NCBI GenBank assembly: GCA_965202625.1
Contig: CBDBBI010000010.1
Coordinates: 1,312,001-1,376,000 of the forward strand
From: a bacterium
Lineage (GTDB): Bacteria; UBA8248
Length of the DNA stretch: 64,000 nucleotides
Reading direction: 5' to 3'
In this document: piece by piece, positions 19,889 to 29,841 of the stretch
Position numbering within the stretch: position 1 is the first letter of the stretch
Layout of the letters: each line of letters begins with the position of its first letter
The notes under the pieces: generated by a model
Databases searched by the model: none
Seen by the model: only the letters and a program-made list of their open reading frames with translations
Told to the model about the DNA's origin: nothing
Program-made: the position numbers and the translations under genes

Positions 19889-20541
19889 TCCTCACCTCCC
19901 TATTCAAGGGATGAGACCCGCGCATCAAAGAGGCGCGAAATTTCACGATTGACGTTATTGGTAGCACTTTTAGCACTCCCCGGCAAAAACGCCATTCCGG
20001 CCGCGTCGCCCCTGACACGGAAATTGCCTTCGATCCGGCCCGGGGATTGCGCCGCAAGCCCAGGCACACCTCCTGAAGGGACCTCGAATGTGTAATCACA
20101 TGCGCCGTCGATAGGACGGTATATACAGGCGGTATGCGGGAGCTTTGGCTGCCTGCCGGAATCCAGAAATGCGCGCGCATGGGCACCAGTCGCCAATACT
20201 TGGGGCAAGCTGACGATTTACGTTTCCATTGCACCCCGCTCGATTATCGCGATTGCAGGTAATCCTAATCCTCAGCAATAAAGACGCCCTTCGTCGGATG
20301 TTTGGAAGAACTGCGGGTGGTTTTTCGCCTATCCGTTTCCGCAGCAAGCGGGTAGGCGGGAGAAAAAACGCAGTTGCCAAAATGCGGAGGAAATCAACGC
20401 GGTTTCAATGGAGTGTGCTGGGTAATGAAATGGACGAGCAGAGGAAACCATCATGTCCACGAAACGAAACCAAAGACCGGCGACAACCATGAAAATAAGA
20501 ATTCACTTCACCGCAAAATTCCCGCAAACGACCCATTTTTC

Positions 20542-20617
20542 TGGTGGAGCTGAGGGGGATCGAACCCCTGACCTCATGACTGCCAGTCATGCGCTCTCCC
20601 AGCTGAGCTACAGCCCC
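20542..20617 (-). tRNA. tRNA-Ala(GGC)
   Basis: GGGGCTGTAGCTCAGCTGGGAGAGCGCATGACT-GGC-AGTCATGAGGTCAGGGGTTCGATCCCCCTCAGCTCCACCA; 76 nt, encoded CCA, G3:U70 pair. Confidence 0.97.
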
Positions 20618-20817
20618 TCGTTATGGGAAACCCTCTCCCATTCCTAAAACTTTCCTCAAGATGCGGGGAGAATGTAGCGGAAACCGCGCCTCCTCGTCAA
20701 TGGAAAACCGATGCTGCAGCTCCCATCTGCCTGGGTGCAGGCGAAATCCTGCATTCCGACTCAAGACCTTGTGGAATGGCGGCGCGCACCTCCCCAAAAA
20801 TCCGTCATCGCCTCTTT

Positions 20818-21903
20818 TTAGTCGCCAAGGTCCGGCTCCTCAACGAATTCGCGCACTTGATCCGCCAGCCCTGGAAAATCAGCGCCGCCCGTCGCATCCT
20901 CCGCGAGAATCTCGACCTCTTCAGGCCCGCGCGCACCAAGCCCCAATTCGATTGCGCGCCTGATCTGTCGATGCGACCAAACGGAATGATCGCGCAAAAG
21001 TGCGGACCCCATGGCGCGCACCACCGAAGCGCCCACGACGTCCACGGCGACCCGATCATCACCGGCGATCATCACGTTTGGCTCGCGCTCCTCTCCGGTG
21101 TAAGGGCCGCCCGCTATCCAACATTTCCGCCCATCCAGCACGATCAAGGAGGGTGAATACAACAAATTCGTCTCTATGATCATCTCCGCCATCTGGGAGA
21201 CGAAATGGGCGCGAACCCGGTCTCTGGGGTGCACGAATCCATAAACGTTCTTGAGCGAGAGGCTAAAGCGCGGCCCCCCGCCGTGGCTCTTCATCGTGGG
21301 CAGGTTGACGACGTGCTGGCCGGGCCTCAAAAGGCGTTCGACGCAATGCACCCATCCGCCCCAGCGAATCGCCTCCGGAACGCGGGCCTTCACCCAGGTC
21401 TCCTCATCGAAGCGCAAGACGCTCACGCCCGTCCTCTCTTGAAAGTCGCTCATCCCCCATCGCTCGAAATTTTCTCGAGCAGGCAGGGAGAGGAGTCCGC
21501 CCATCTCGCCCACGGCCAAATCGTCACAACCCGCTTCTCTCAGGAGAGCGACGATGGTTTCGAGAGTCTCAGGGTGCGTCGAGGCCGGAAAAGGGTCGGC
21601 GGAGTTGAAATTGGGTTTTAAGAGGGCGGGTGCGGAAGAATCGATCACATGCCGAATGCCGCCCAGTTTTTCCACCGCAAGACGTATGGCCTCATCTCGC
21701 GTCTCCCCCCGAACCATGGCCACCAGGCTCCTGTGCCCTCTTCTCAGGCGGGGCCGGCGAAGGGGCGGAGCTTTCGCTTCGGAGTATTCCTGCTTCGTCT
21801 CCTGCAATGCCCGGTAGGCGGCGGCTTCATCTCGATTCAGCGTCTTTCTGAATCTATCGGCCCGCACCGCCACCGGCGTATCAAGTGGCACGACCATCGT
21901 CAT
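20818..21903 (-). CDS. DUF362 domain-containing protein
   Basis: LLKPNF; THPE; NLPTMKSH; SLSLKN; DRVAVD motifs. Confidence 0.8.
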   Translation of the reverse strand: MTMVVPLDTPVAVRADRFRKTLNRDEAAAYRALQETKQEYSEAKAPPLRRPRLRRGHRSLVAMVRGETRDEAIRLAVEKLGGIRHVIDSSAPALLKPNFNSADPFPASTHPETLETIVALLREAGCDDLAVGEMGGLLSLPARENFERWGMSDFQERTGVSVLRFDEETWVKARVPEAIRWGGWVHCVERLLRPGQHVVNLPTMKSHGGGPRFSLSLKNVYGFVHPRDRVRAHFVSQMAEMIIETNLLYSPSLIVLDGRKCWIAGGPYTGEEREPNVMIAGDDRVAVDVVGASVVRAMGSALLRDHSVWSHRQIRRAIELGLGARGPEEVEILAEDATGGADFPGLADQVREFVEEPDLGD

Positions 21904-22280
21904 CTCTCCAGAGGAAAATAAACTTTGCGCACATTTTACCCCGAGGGGGTGATTTCGCGAAACTACCGCCGAAGAATTTCACCCCGTTCGATGGCGTGCG
22001 CAAGAAAACAGATGCGAGGGATATCGGATGGAATAGCGGCCCCGCTCCCCTCCACCATCCTCTCTCGCTTCTCCCCCAGAAGAAGTGCTTGCACATGAGA
22101 GAGAAATACAGAAAAGGCATCATCAAAACCTCTTTCATTCGGCTCCGCCGTATCCTATACTCGCATCACAATCGTCTCCATCGTCCAGGCGCGGAAAGCG
22201 ATATCCCCAAAACATATTGCCGCGGTGCGGCCTCCCGAGGTGTGTCCACGACGCTCCCGCCTCCGAAAGAAGGAATTTTC

Positions 22281-23117
22281 ATGCTTTTTTTCATTCAATT
22301 CCTGGGGATGGGTTTAGGGATAGGTCTTCTGGGCACGCTGGTAGGCGCGGGCGGAGGCTTCATTCTCACGCCATTGCTCTTGCTGATCTTCACCGATCAA
22401 CCCTCGGAGATCATCGCCGCCACCTCGCTCAGCGTGGTTTGGCTGAACGCCCTTTCGGGTTCGATCGCCTATTACCGCATGGGGCGCATCGACCTCAAAA
22501 CCAGCGCGAGTTTCGCCCTCGCCGGCGCACCTTGGGTGATCCTCGGCGTCTACGCCACGAGAGAAGTCGCCCGCGGTCCGTTCGACATTCTGCTGGCTAT
22601 CGCTCTGCTCATCCTGTGCGCCTCCATCATCAACCCGCCCCCTCTTTTCGAGGCGACGCGGGAGAGCGCAGGTGGTCTGGGTGCCCTCGCTCGACGCCGC
22701 ATCATCGACAGCACAGGCCGCGTCTATGAATACGCCTTCCGCTTCAGGCTCGGCGTATGCTTGAGTTCCATCGTGGGATTTCTGGCGAGTTTTCTCGGCA
22801 TCGGGGGCGGTCCGATGAACGTGCCGATGATGATAAGAATCCTGCGGATTCCTCCCCACATCGCCACCGCCACGTCCCAGTGCGCGCTTCTCTTCACCGC
22901 GGCGCTTGCCGTAGTAGTGCATTTTTTCCATGGAAACCTCCATGCGATGACCAGCGTGATCCTTCCCCTCGCAGTCGGGACGATCGCGGGCGCGCAATTC
23001 GGCGCGGCGTATTCGAACAAACTGAAATCGACCACGCTTACACGCATTCTGGCGGCACTCTTGACGCTCGTCTCCCTGCAACTCCTCTATAGAGGCTTAC
23101 TCACCTGGGTGCGGTGA
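22281..23117 (+). CDS. TSUP (TauE/SafE) sulfite/organosulfur exporter family membrane protein
   Basis: Duplicated GAGGG / GIGGG...P motifs; AATS and ATATS; about 8 TM; AAGGA RBS. Confidence 0.88.
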   Translation: MLFFIQFLGMGLGIGLLGTLVGAGGGFILTPLLLLIFTDQPSEIIAATSLSVVWLNALSGSIAYYRMGRIDLKTSASFALAGAPWVILGVYATREVARGPFDILLAIALLILCASIINPPPLFEATRESAGGLGALARRRIIDSTGRVYEYAFRFRLGVCLSSIVGFLASFLGIGGGPMNVPMMIRILRIPPHIATATSQCALLFTAALAVVVHFFHGNLHAMTSVILPLAVGTIAGAQFGAAYSNKLKSTTLTRILAALLTLVSLQLLYRGLLTWVR

Positions 23118-23251
23118 ATGACGAATCGAACTGGCAAATCGGCGCGTCGTGTGTGAGAATGCGTCTTCTAAACGAATGCAGTTTCAAGGACGTTTCATTT
23201 CACAGCGCGCGGCTGCCATGAAGGTTGCTGGGCGAGGAGGAGATTGTAAGC

Positions 23252-24034
23252 ATGTCGGAGAAAGTCACCCTGGTAGAGGTCAAGGACAAAACCCTCTGGG
23301 TGGGGTTGAACCGCCCCAAAACGCTGAACGCCATGAACTTTCAGATGATCAACGAGGTCATCGACGCCTTCACGCGGCTTGATGAGGACCCCGACATTGG
23401 CGTGGGCGTATTGTATGGACTGGACGGGAACTTCTCATCGGGGGGCGATATGGACATGATGCTGGGGCTGAACTACCAGACGGGCCACATCTGGAACAAC
23501 AAGATGCGACGCCTGTGCATGACGCTCCGAAACTCTGGCAAACCCACCATCGCCATGGTGCGCGGCTGGTGCATCGGCGGGGGCAACGAATGGCAGTTGT
23601 ATTGCGACCTGTGTATTGCCAGCGAAAACGCGACCTTTGGGCAATCGGGCGCGCGCGTGGGCGCGTTGCCGGTAGTGGGCGCTACGCAATACCTCCCCTT
23701 GCTCATGGGCGATCGCAGGGCGCGCGAGATGCTTTTCCTGGCCAAGCGCTATTCCGCGCAGGAGGCCAAGGAAGTCGGCCTGATCAACGAGGTCGTGCCA
23801 GATGATGAACTCGAAAAAACGACTGAAGCGTGGTGTGCCACCATCAATTCCCACGCGCCGGCCACGCTGCGCTACATGAAGACGAATCTCAATTTCCTGG
23901 GCGACCTCCACTATCCCTCATGGATGCACGGCAGCGAGCTTCTGAACGCCGTGTGGAACAACGAGCAATCCATTGAGGGAATGAGCGCGTTCAAAGAGAA
24001 GAGACCGCCCGATTTCAGCCGCTTCCCCCGCTAG
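23252..24034 (+). CDS. Crotonase family enzyme, MenB/BadI/Oah-like (ring-cleaving acyl-CoA hydrolase or DHNA-CoA synthase-like)
   Basis: LNRPKTLNA; FSSGGD; CIGGGNE; FGQSGARVG; AFKEKRPPDF. Confidence 0.8.
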   Translation: MSEKVTLVEVKDKTLWVGLNRPKTLNAMNFQMINEVIDAFTRLDEDPDIGVGVLYGLDGNFSSGGDMDMMLGLNYQTGHIWNNKMRRLCMTLRNSGKPTIAMVRGWCIGGGNEWQLYCDLCIASENATFGQSGARVGALPVVGATQYLPLLMGDRRAREMLFLAKRYSAQEAKEVGLINEVVPDDELEKTTEAWCATINSHAPATLRYMKTNLNFLGDLHYPSWMHGSELLNAVWNNEQSIEGMSAFKEKRPPDFSRFPR

Positions 24035-24153
24035 GCGCGGCCCGGAAATCGGCGTGGGGCATAATTCATAGAGGGCGCGGCCCCGATGGGATAGATGCTC
24101 GCTTATCGGATTTCGGGGGATTTCGGGCAACGTAAAGTAAGGCGACTGCACCG

Positions 24154-24822
24154 CTAACGCGCGTAGCCCCTGCGCCGATAGAACCCCGGAGAGCCTGTCG
24201 CCTGTCGGTAATAGCCCCTCACGCGCGTCGTCCACTCAGAGGCGTTCATTTGCTTCCATTCTGGCGTCTCGCGCCCGGACGCATCCTCCAGCTCGTAGAG
24301 CACGACCATGAGCCGTTCCCCTTCCATTGGGCTGTAGCGGCGCATGCGCCGCACCCCCGGCACCTTCTCGCATAGAGGGGCGCGATCCTGTGCATACCAG
24401 CCGTTGAAGTCGGCGAGCATCTCCTCAGGCACGTGGATTCTGCCGAATTGAACAAAGGGGGCGAGGCCGGCCGCGTCCACCGTCGGGAAATCAGGCGGCG
24501 GTGCGGGCAAACCGGGGTAGACCTGCGCGCAAACGAGGCGGATGCGGGTCTTTGGAGGCGTGGGAAAGCGCATCTCCTCGGAGTTCATAAGCGAGGCAAA
24601 TTCCGCGCCATAGAACACGTGAACGCTCCTCGCCTCCAGGAGATTCAAAAAGCGGGGCGCGCCGTCAATCGCCTCGTAGCCCGCCCCTCCGCTCACCCCC
24701 GCAACGTCGAGCATCCGTGAGGTGCGAACCTCATCAAGCCACGCCCGCACCTCATGTTCCTCGCCATCCGCAAAGTCGAACAATTCGGCAAGCAGTCCCA
24801 TCCCGTGTGTGCGCACAACCAC
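24154..24822 (-). CDS. Hypothetical protein with two EthD/DUF4286-like alpha/beta domains
   Basis: Internal repeat (AWLDEVR..LDVAGV and GWYAQDR..EKVPGV) followed by YEL-type motifs. Start codon uncertain. Confidence 0.55.
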   Translation of the reverse strand: MVVRTHGMGLLAELFDFADGEEHEVRAWLDEVRTSRMLDVAGVSGGAGYEAIDGAPRFLNLLEARSVHVFYGAEFASLMNSEEMRFPTPPKTRIRLVCAQVYPGLPAPPPDFPTVDAAGLAPFVQFGRIHVPEEMLADFNGWYAQDRAPLCEKVPGVRRMRRYSPMEGERLMVVLYELEDASGRETPEWKQMNASEWTTRVRGYYRQATGSPGFYRRRGYAR

Positions 24823-24864
24823 CTCTGCGTATCTGAAAGCAAGAGAAGATGAAATCCACGCTAT

Positions 24865-25155
24865 TTATTTTTTCTGAAGCACCACCCGTATCGTTCCCCC
24901 ATACTGCGCGGCCACGAGATGATGGGGGCGGTATCCTTCCTTCAGAATCTCGACCGTAAACGTATCCGCGTAATGATCCTTTATCTTCTTCCAGGGAATG
25001 AGGACCGGCGATTCGCCTATCTTCTCCTTGCCGAGCTTCACCGTGGCACCCGGCGGCTCCGTGATCACCTCCACGCCTCGCGGCACTATGTCGCCGCATC
25101 CGCTTGAGACGAAGAGCGCGAGAATCACGAATCCCGCCGCGAGGGCCTTGCGCAT
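24865..25155 (-). CDS. Small lipoprotein with PEGA-like domain
   Basis: Lipobox VSSGC; ITEPPGATV...IGESP...ILKEGY; AAGGAG RBS. Confidence 0.7.
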   Translation of the reverse strand: MRKALAAGFVILALFVSSGCGDIVPRGVEVITEPPGATVKLGKEKIGESPVLIPWKKIKDHYADTFTVEILKEGYRPHHLVAAQYGGTIRVVLQKK

Positions 25156-25388
25156 CCTGTATTTCTCCTTCATGGCTGCCCCTGCCAAATGCGTTTGTCC
25201 GTATTGCAAGGCGGTCGCGAGACGCCGAGAAGCCCCCGCCCAGATTCCGAGAAGATTATGAACCCATATCCTGACAAAATCCACCACAACCAGAACCTTG
25301 GTCGGCGGACCCTCGGAAAACACTCGCGCCAGGAAGATGGGCACGAGGCAGGCTCTTTCCGAAAACGGCGGCGGCACCTTCGCCTTAC

Positions 25389-26744
25389 TCACGCCTCGTC
25401 CGCCCCGCCGCGCGCCTGCAGCATGCGCGGGGTTTTTTCCACGCGAACGAGTCCCCCGTCCGCCTCATCCCCTTTCTCCTTCGGCGCGCTCCCGTAGTCG
25501 CTGAACTTTCGCGCGGAGACCATCACTCTCGATTCATAGGAGCCCACTGCCTTGTTGTAGGCGTCAACCGCCCTCCCCAACCCCCGGCCCATGGTGTCGA
25601 AGTGTCCCGCCAGCGTCTTGAGCCGCCCGTAAAGCTCTCCACCGAGCGCGCTCACGGCCTGGGCGCTCTCGGCCACTTTCTCCTGCCGCCAGCCGTATGC
25701 CACCGCGCGCAGAAGGGCGATGAGCGTCGTGGGCGTGGCCAGTATCACCTGCTTGCCCACGCCTTCTTCTATCAGACCGGGGTCCTGCTCGAGCGCCGCG
25801 CTGAAAAGACTCTCTCCGGGCAGGAACATCGCCACGAACTCAGGCGTGGATTCGCACTGATCCCAGTAGGCCTTGGAGCTGAGCCGGCTCATGTGGTCCC
25901 GAATCTGGCGCGCGTGATCTTGGAGGTAATCACGGCGCTTATGCTCATCCTCCGCTTCTATCGAGTTGAGATAGGCCTCAAGCGGGGCCTTGGCGTCCAC
26001 CACGACGTTCTTGCCGCCCGGCAACTTCACGATGAGGTCAGGCCGCAGGCGCGCGTCCTCCGAGGAAAACGTCTGCTGCTCCAGGAAATCGCAATGGTCC
26101 ACCATGCCGGCCATCTCCACTACGCGCCTGAGCTGCATCTCCCCCCAATGGCCGCGCACGCTCGGGGCGCGCAAGGCTTTGACGAGATTTCCCGTCTCCG
26201 ATTGAAGCGCCTTCTGCGCGCCCGCGAGAGATTTCAGATGCTCCGTGATCGCGCCATAGGCCTCTCGCCTGGCTTTCTCCAAACCCTCCGCCTGGTTCCC
26301 TACCTTGTCGAGCGATTCCCGAATGGGTGCGACCAGGCTCTCCACCGCCTTTTGACGCAATTCCAGGTCGCCTCTGGCCTCGCTTTGGAATTTCTCAAGC
26401 GTCTCTTTCGCCAAAACGAGAAAAGAGGAATTGTTGTTCTTGAGAGCGTCCGCGCTCATCGCGCCAAAGCTCTCGCGCATGTCCTCCGCCGCGCGGCGAA
26501 GCAGGTCGATTTTCTCCCCCGCTGATTTCTTCTCGTGTGCCAGATCAGATTCAAGGCGCGCGAGATCCGCGTTGAGGGCCGCGTTTTTCTCTTGCGCATC
26601 GGCGAGAGTGGCCTGGACTTCCGCTTTCTCCTCCTCCGCCCTCGCCAACATTCGGGACAGCCCTGCGGTGCGCGTCCCTGAAGCGCGCCAAACGATGAGG
26701 ATGAGAATGAGAGCAGCGCCCAAAGCGACGAACTCGACTTCCAT
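25389..26744 (-). CDS. rmuC: DNA recombination protein RmuC
   Basis: N-terminal TM and coiled coil; RGHWGEMQL; RPDLIVKLP; VDAKAP; PEFVAMFLPGE; ATPTTLIALL. Confidence 0.95.
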   Translation of the reverse strand: MEVEFVALGAALILILIVWRASGTRTAGLSRMLARAEEEKAEVQATLADAQEKNAALNADLARLESDLAHEKKSAGEKIDLLRRAAEDMRESFGAMSADALKNNNSSFLVLAKETLEKFQSEARGDLELRQKAVESLVAPIRESLDKVGNQAEGLEKARREAYGAITEHLKSLAGAQKALQSETGNLVKALRAPSVRGHWGEMQLRRVVEMAGMVDHCDFLEQQTFSSEDARLRPDLIVKLPGGKNVVVDAKAPLEAYLNSIEAEDEHKRRDYLQDHARQIRDHMSRLSSKAYWDQCESTPEFVAMFLPGESLFSAALEQDPGLIEEGVGKQVILATPTTLIALLRAVAYGWRQEKVAESAQAVSALGGELYGRLKTLAGHFDTMGRGLGRAVDAYNKAVGSYESRVMVSARKFSDYGSAPKEKGDEADGGLVRVEKTPRMLQARGGADEA

Positions 26745-26963
26745 GCGGGATTCTCCTCAATAGGACAATTTCAGGAGGGGGCGAACAGGCTAGCCCAAAA
26801 CCAACGCACAAACCCCCAAAAGCTTCTCGCGCGGGGCGTGCATATATCTCAGCGAAACCTGTTTGAGAGCACTCGCGTCTTTCTCGCCCTTACTGAAGAA
26901 TTTCTCTATCTGACGTTTAAGGCTGCAAATCTATGGAGAAAAAATGGGAACACACGTATCAAA

Positions 26964-27227
26964 CTACTCTTCTTCAAGACGCACGGCAGCGTCGATCAGG
27001 GTGCGATAGATTTGCTTGAGCACCTCAGGCGGGCATGGGCCTCTGTTGTCGTTCAACACCCGGGTGATGATCTCGCTCTCGCGCGCCTCGTCCTTGACGG
27101 CAATCCCCCGCGCGCTCTTGTATTCCCCGACTTCCAGGCAAATTTTCAGCCGCTTGTTGATCAGACGAATTATCGCCTCATCGCACGCATCAATCCGCTC
27201 CCTGAACCCGGACAACCCATCCGCCAT
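26964..27227 (-). CDS. Monofunctional chorismate mutase (AroQ type II)
   Basis: RERIDACDEAIIRLINKR...VGEYK...DEARE. Confidence 0.85.
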   Translation of the reverse strand: MADGLSGFRERIDACDEAIIRLINKRLKICLEVGEYKSARGIAVKDEARESEIITRVLNDNRGPCPPEVLKQIYRTLIDAAVRLEEE

Positions 27228-27507
27228 GCCGCACTCCATCGTGGCCCCAGGTAAAGACATGATGAGAAAAGAAACGCTATCATACCATTCATTCACGGGC
27301 GTTTCATTCTCTGGGCGTATTCTCGAAAAAACGCTGGCAACAGCCTGAAAGGCGAAGCCCAGCGTTCGCTCCGGAAGAACGTCCTCGAAAACTCTTTTCT
27401 GGCCGAAATCGCATTCCCTCCAACCTCGTTTGGGAATCGGCTCGGTGGATTTGATATTCTCGATTTTCTGGCGTAGTTTTCGCCCTTATCCCCTACCTGA
27501 GGGCAAT

Positions 27508-28971
27508 ATGTTCAAGCGATTTAGAAACCTTGCCCGGGTGAACCCCTTTAAGCCCACGACGGCGATTTTTCCGGGCATCGACGCAGAGCGCATCGCCGCC
27601 GACCTTCGCCTTGAGGCGGAGGGAGAACGGAGGGGCGCGATGGACCAGCCGGATTCCTCAGAGGTGGGATTCGACTTGATCGAACGGAGGATCGTCGATT
27701 GCGTTAAAGAGCTCCGCCGCATGGGCCTTGGACATTTCGACGAGCATGAGGGCGCGTATGCCGACCGCATCGCACGAGCAGACAGTATATCGACGGACAT
27801 GCAAACCGCCACGCGCGACGCCGAAACCGATTTTATGATGGAGATCAACAGGTGGAGGGGCATCCTTGCGAACGAACGCAACGACCTCCAGCTCGTCGAC
27901 GAGGAATTCAAGCACTTCCGCCAGGAAAACCGCCTCAAGCGGACGGCACACGAGGGCGGCGGATTCTCCAAATGGCTCTTCTATTCACTCGGCATCCTGA
28001 TCGTGGAATCGGTGCTGAACGGCGTGTTCTTCGCCAACGCGCACGAACTCGGGTTGATCGGCGGCGTTTTCACCGCCCTCGGCATTTCGGTCATCAACGT
28101 CGGCGTCGCGGCGTGCATGGCATGGACAAGCCGGAATTTCAATCACTTCCGTATCGTCCGAAAACTCGTCGGAACGCTCTCCTTTCTGGCCGCCGTGGCC
28201 TTCGCACCAGTATTCAATCTTTTTGTGGCGCATTTTCGAAACGCCGCCGAAGCGGAAAAACCATGGAGCGAGGCCGCAGGCCATGCCTATCGAAACATCC
28301 TCGCTAATCCACTCGGTCTGGAAAGCATCGACGCGTGGCTTCTCGGAATGCTCGGAATCCTGGCGGCGACCATCTCCGGCTGGAAAACTTACGCCTCGGG
28401 CGACCCCTATCCCGGCTACGGGCGCGTATGGAGAAAAATTCACGACGCGCGGGAAGCCTACGCCCAGAGAAACGAAGAAGCGATTGACACGGTGACGGAG
28501 ACGCGCGACAAGGCGGTGGACGATCTCAAATCGGCAATTGACCACATGAAAGCGCAAATTGCGGACGCCCGCAACGCGGCCAACGGTCTGACCTCCCTTC
28601 GGGGCCAACTCGAACAGTTCCTTGAACAGTGCGACCAGAAAGTGAGCCTGTTGCTGACCACTTACCGGAACGCCAACAAGGGAAAACGCGCGGCGGCACC
28701 CCCGGCGCATTTTTCCAGGGATTTCCTCTTCGAACCATACAAAGCCGGACTATCGCCAGATGCTCAAAATACGCTCAACCAAAAAACGGCAGGGAAACTT
28801 GAAGAGAACATCGCACAAGCGATTGATCGCATCTATGATGCCTGCCAGAAGGCTATCGAATCCTTCAAGCCAATCGACGCCATTGAATCCGGAGCACCCG
28901 CCTTTCCCGATCTCCAGCCCGTTACCGTGACGAACGAGGGAGAAGAGGCGCCAAGCAGGGCGGGAGCTTGA
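27508..28971 (+). CDS. Zorya-like operon gene 1: 4-TM membrane protein with long N- and C-terminal coiled coils (DPYPGY motif); function unknown
   Basis: Four hydrophobic segments in the middle third, flanked by heptad-rich helical regions. Its stop overlaps the next start (TGATG). Confidence 0.75.
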   Translation: MFKRFRNLARVNPFKPTTAIFPGIDAERIAADLRLEAEGERRGAMDQPDSSEVGFDLIERRIVDCVKELRRMGLGHFDEHEGAYADRIARADSISTDMQTATRDAETDFMMEINRWRGILANERNDLQLVDEEFKHFRQENRLKRTAHEGGGFSKWLFYSLGILIVESVLNGVFFANAHELGLIGGVFTALGISVINVGVAACMAWTSRNFNHFRIVRKLVGTLSFLAAVAFAPVFNLFVAHFRNAAEAEKPWSEAAGHAYRNILANPLGLESIDAWLLGMLGILAATISGWKTYASGDPYPGYGRVWRKIHDAREAYAQRNEEAIDTVTETRDKAVDDLKSAIDHMKAQIADARNAANGLTSLRGQLEQFLEQCDQKVSLLLTTYRNANKGKRAAAPPAHFSRDFLFEPYKAGLSPDAQNTLNQKTAGKLEENIAQAIDRIYDACQKAIESFKPIDAIESGAPAFPDLQPVTVTNEGEEAPSRAGA

Positions 28972-29837
28972 TGGCTCGCCGCGGCGCCTCACGCCGGAGA
29001 CGCTCCCGCGCAAGAGCGGGACGCCCAATCCATCCGCTTGTGGGGGGCTTGCTCATCGCGTTTTCGATCCTCCTGCTCATCGGCGGCTTGGTCGCCATCT
29101 GGCCGAAAGAGGGACCCCAAGCCATGCTTGGCGCCTTGTTTAGCCTGTGGAATCCGACAGAACACAACAAGGAAACGCTCTGCCCCAAAACGGGGCCCGA
29201 AGCCGGAATCGTCATCCTGCTCGACTTGACGGATCGGATAGGCGCCACCCAACAGGCGCGGTTGCGTGACCTTCTCGAAAAGAAGATCGCCGACGCGCGC
29301 CAGAACACGCTTATCGCCGTGGGCGCGGTCGGATCCGCACCCGCCGAGCGCGGCGTAGATTTCGCCCTCTGCAAACCCATGGAAGAGAGCGCGGCGAATA
29401 CACTGTATCAAAACCCGCGTCTTGTAGCCGAGTCCTATGAAAAGCGCTTCCAACGTCCACTCAAGGCCAGTCTCGAAAAGATGCTGATCTTCCGAAGCGC
29501 GGAGCGCTCTCCGATCATGGAGTCGCTGCAAGCCGCGCTCGCCTCCACGCCCGGTTTTCTGGACGCCGCATATTCCCGCCGCGTCCTCATCGTCTCGGAC
29601 CTCCTCCAGCATAGCGCGGCTTTCAGCTTCTACCGAGGAGACACCTGGCGAAAATTCCAGCGTTCGCGCAACTTCGCACGACTCGCGCGAAGCCTTCATG
29701 GGGTGGACGTGGAAATTCTGCGTCTGCCGCGTCCCGAAGCGAAGATCGACTCCGCAGAAGTGGAGGATTTCTGGGCGAATTATTTCGATCAAGCGGGCGC
29801 GCGACGCGTTCGCAGCCGGATGCTCGGCGACCTGTGA
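28971..29837 (+). CDS. Zorya-like operon gene 2: single-TM anchored protein with a vWA-like extracytoplasmic domain
   Basis: Arg-rich N-terminus and one TM; VILLDLTD, SPIMESL and VLIVSD resemble the vWA/MIDAS strand pattern; two cysteines. Confidence 0.6.
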   Translation: MARRGASRRRRSRARAGRPIHPLVGGLLIAFSILLLIGGLVAIWPKEGPQAMLGALFSLWNPTEHNKETLCPKTGPEAGIVILLDLTDRIGATQQARLRDLLEKKIADARQNTLIAVGAVGSAPAERGVDFALCKPMEESAANTLYQNPRLVAESYEKRFQRPLKASLEKMLIFRSAERSPIMESLQAALASTPGFLDAAYSRRVLIVSDLLQHSAAFSFYRGDTWRKFQRSRNFARLARSLHGVDVEILRLPRPEAKIDSAEVEDFWANYFDQAGARRVRSRMLGDL

Positions 29838-29841
29838 GTTC

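Noticed and set aside
19900-20540. Small ORFs or an integrase remnant next to tRNA-Ala
   Set aside because: No recombinase motifs; overlapping ORFs in several frames with no coding signature.
21885-22280. Long N-terminal extensions of the TSUP ORF (likewise 40496-40924 for the cupin and 53905-54192 for the methyltransferase)
   Set aside because: Better starts with an RBS or a gene overlap lie downstream, and the extensions cover intergenic or other coding DNA.
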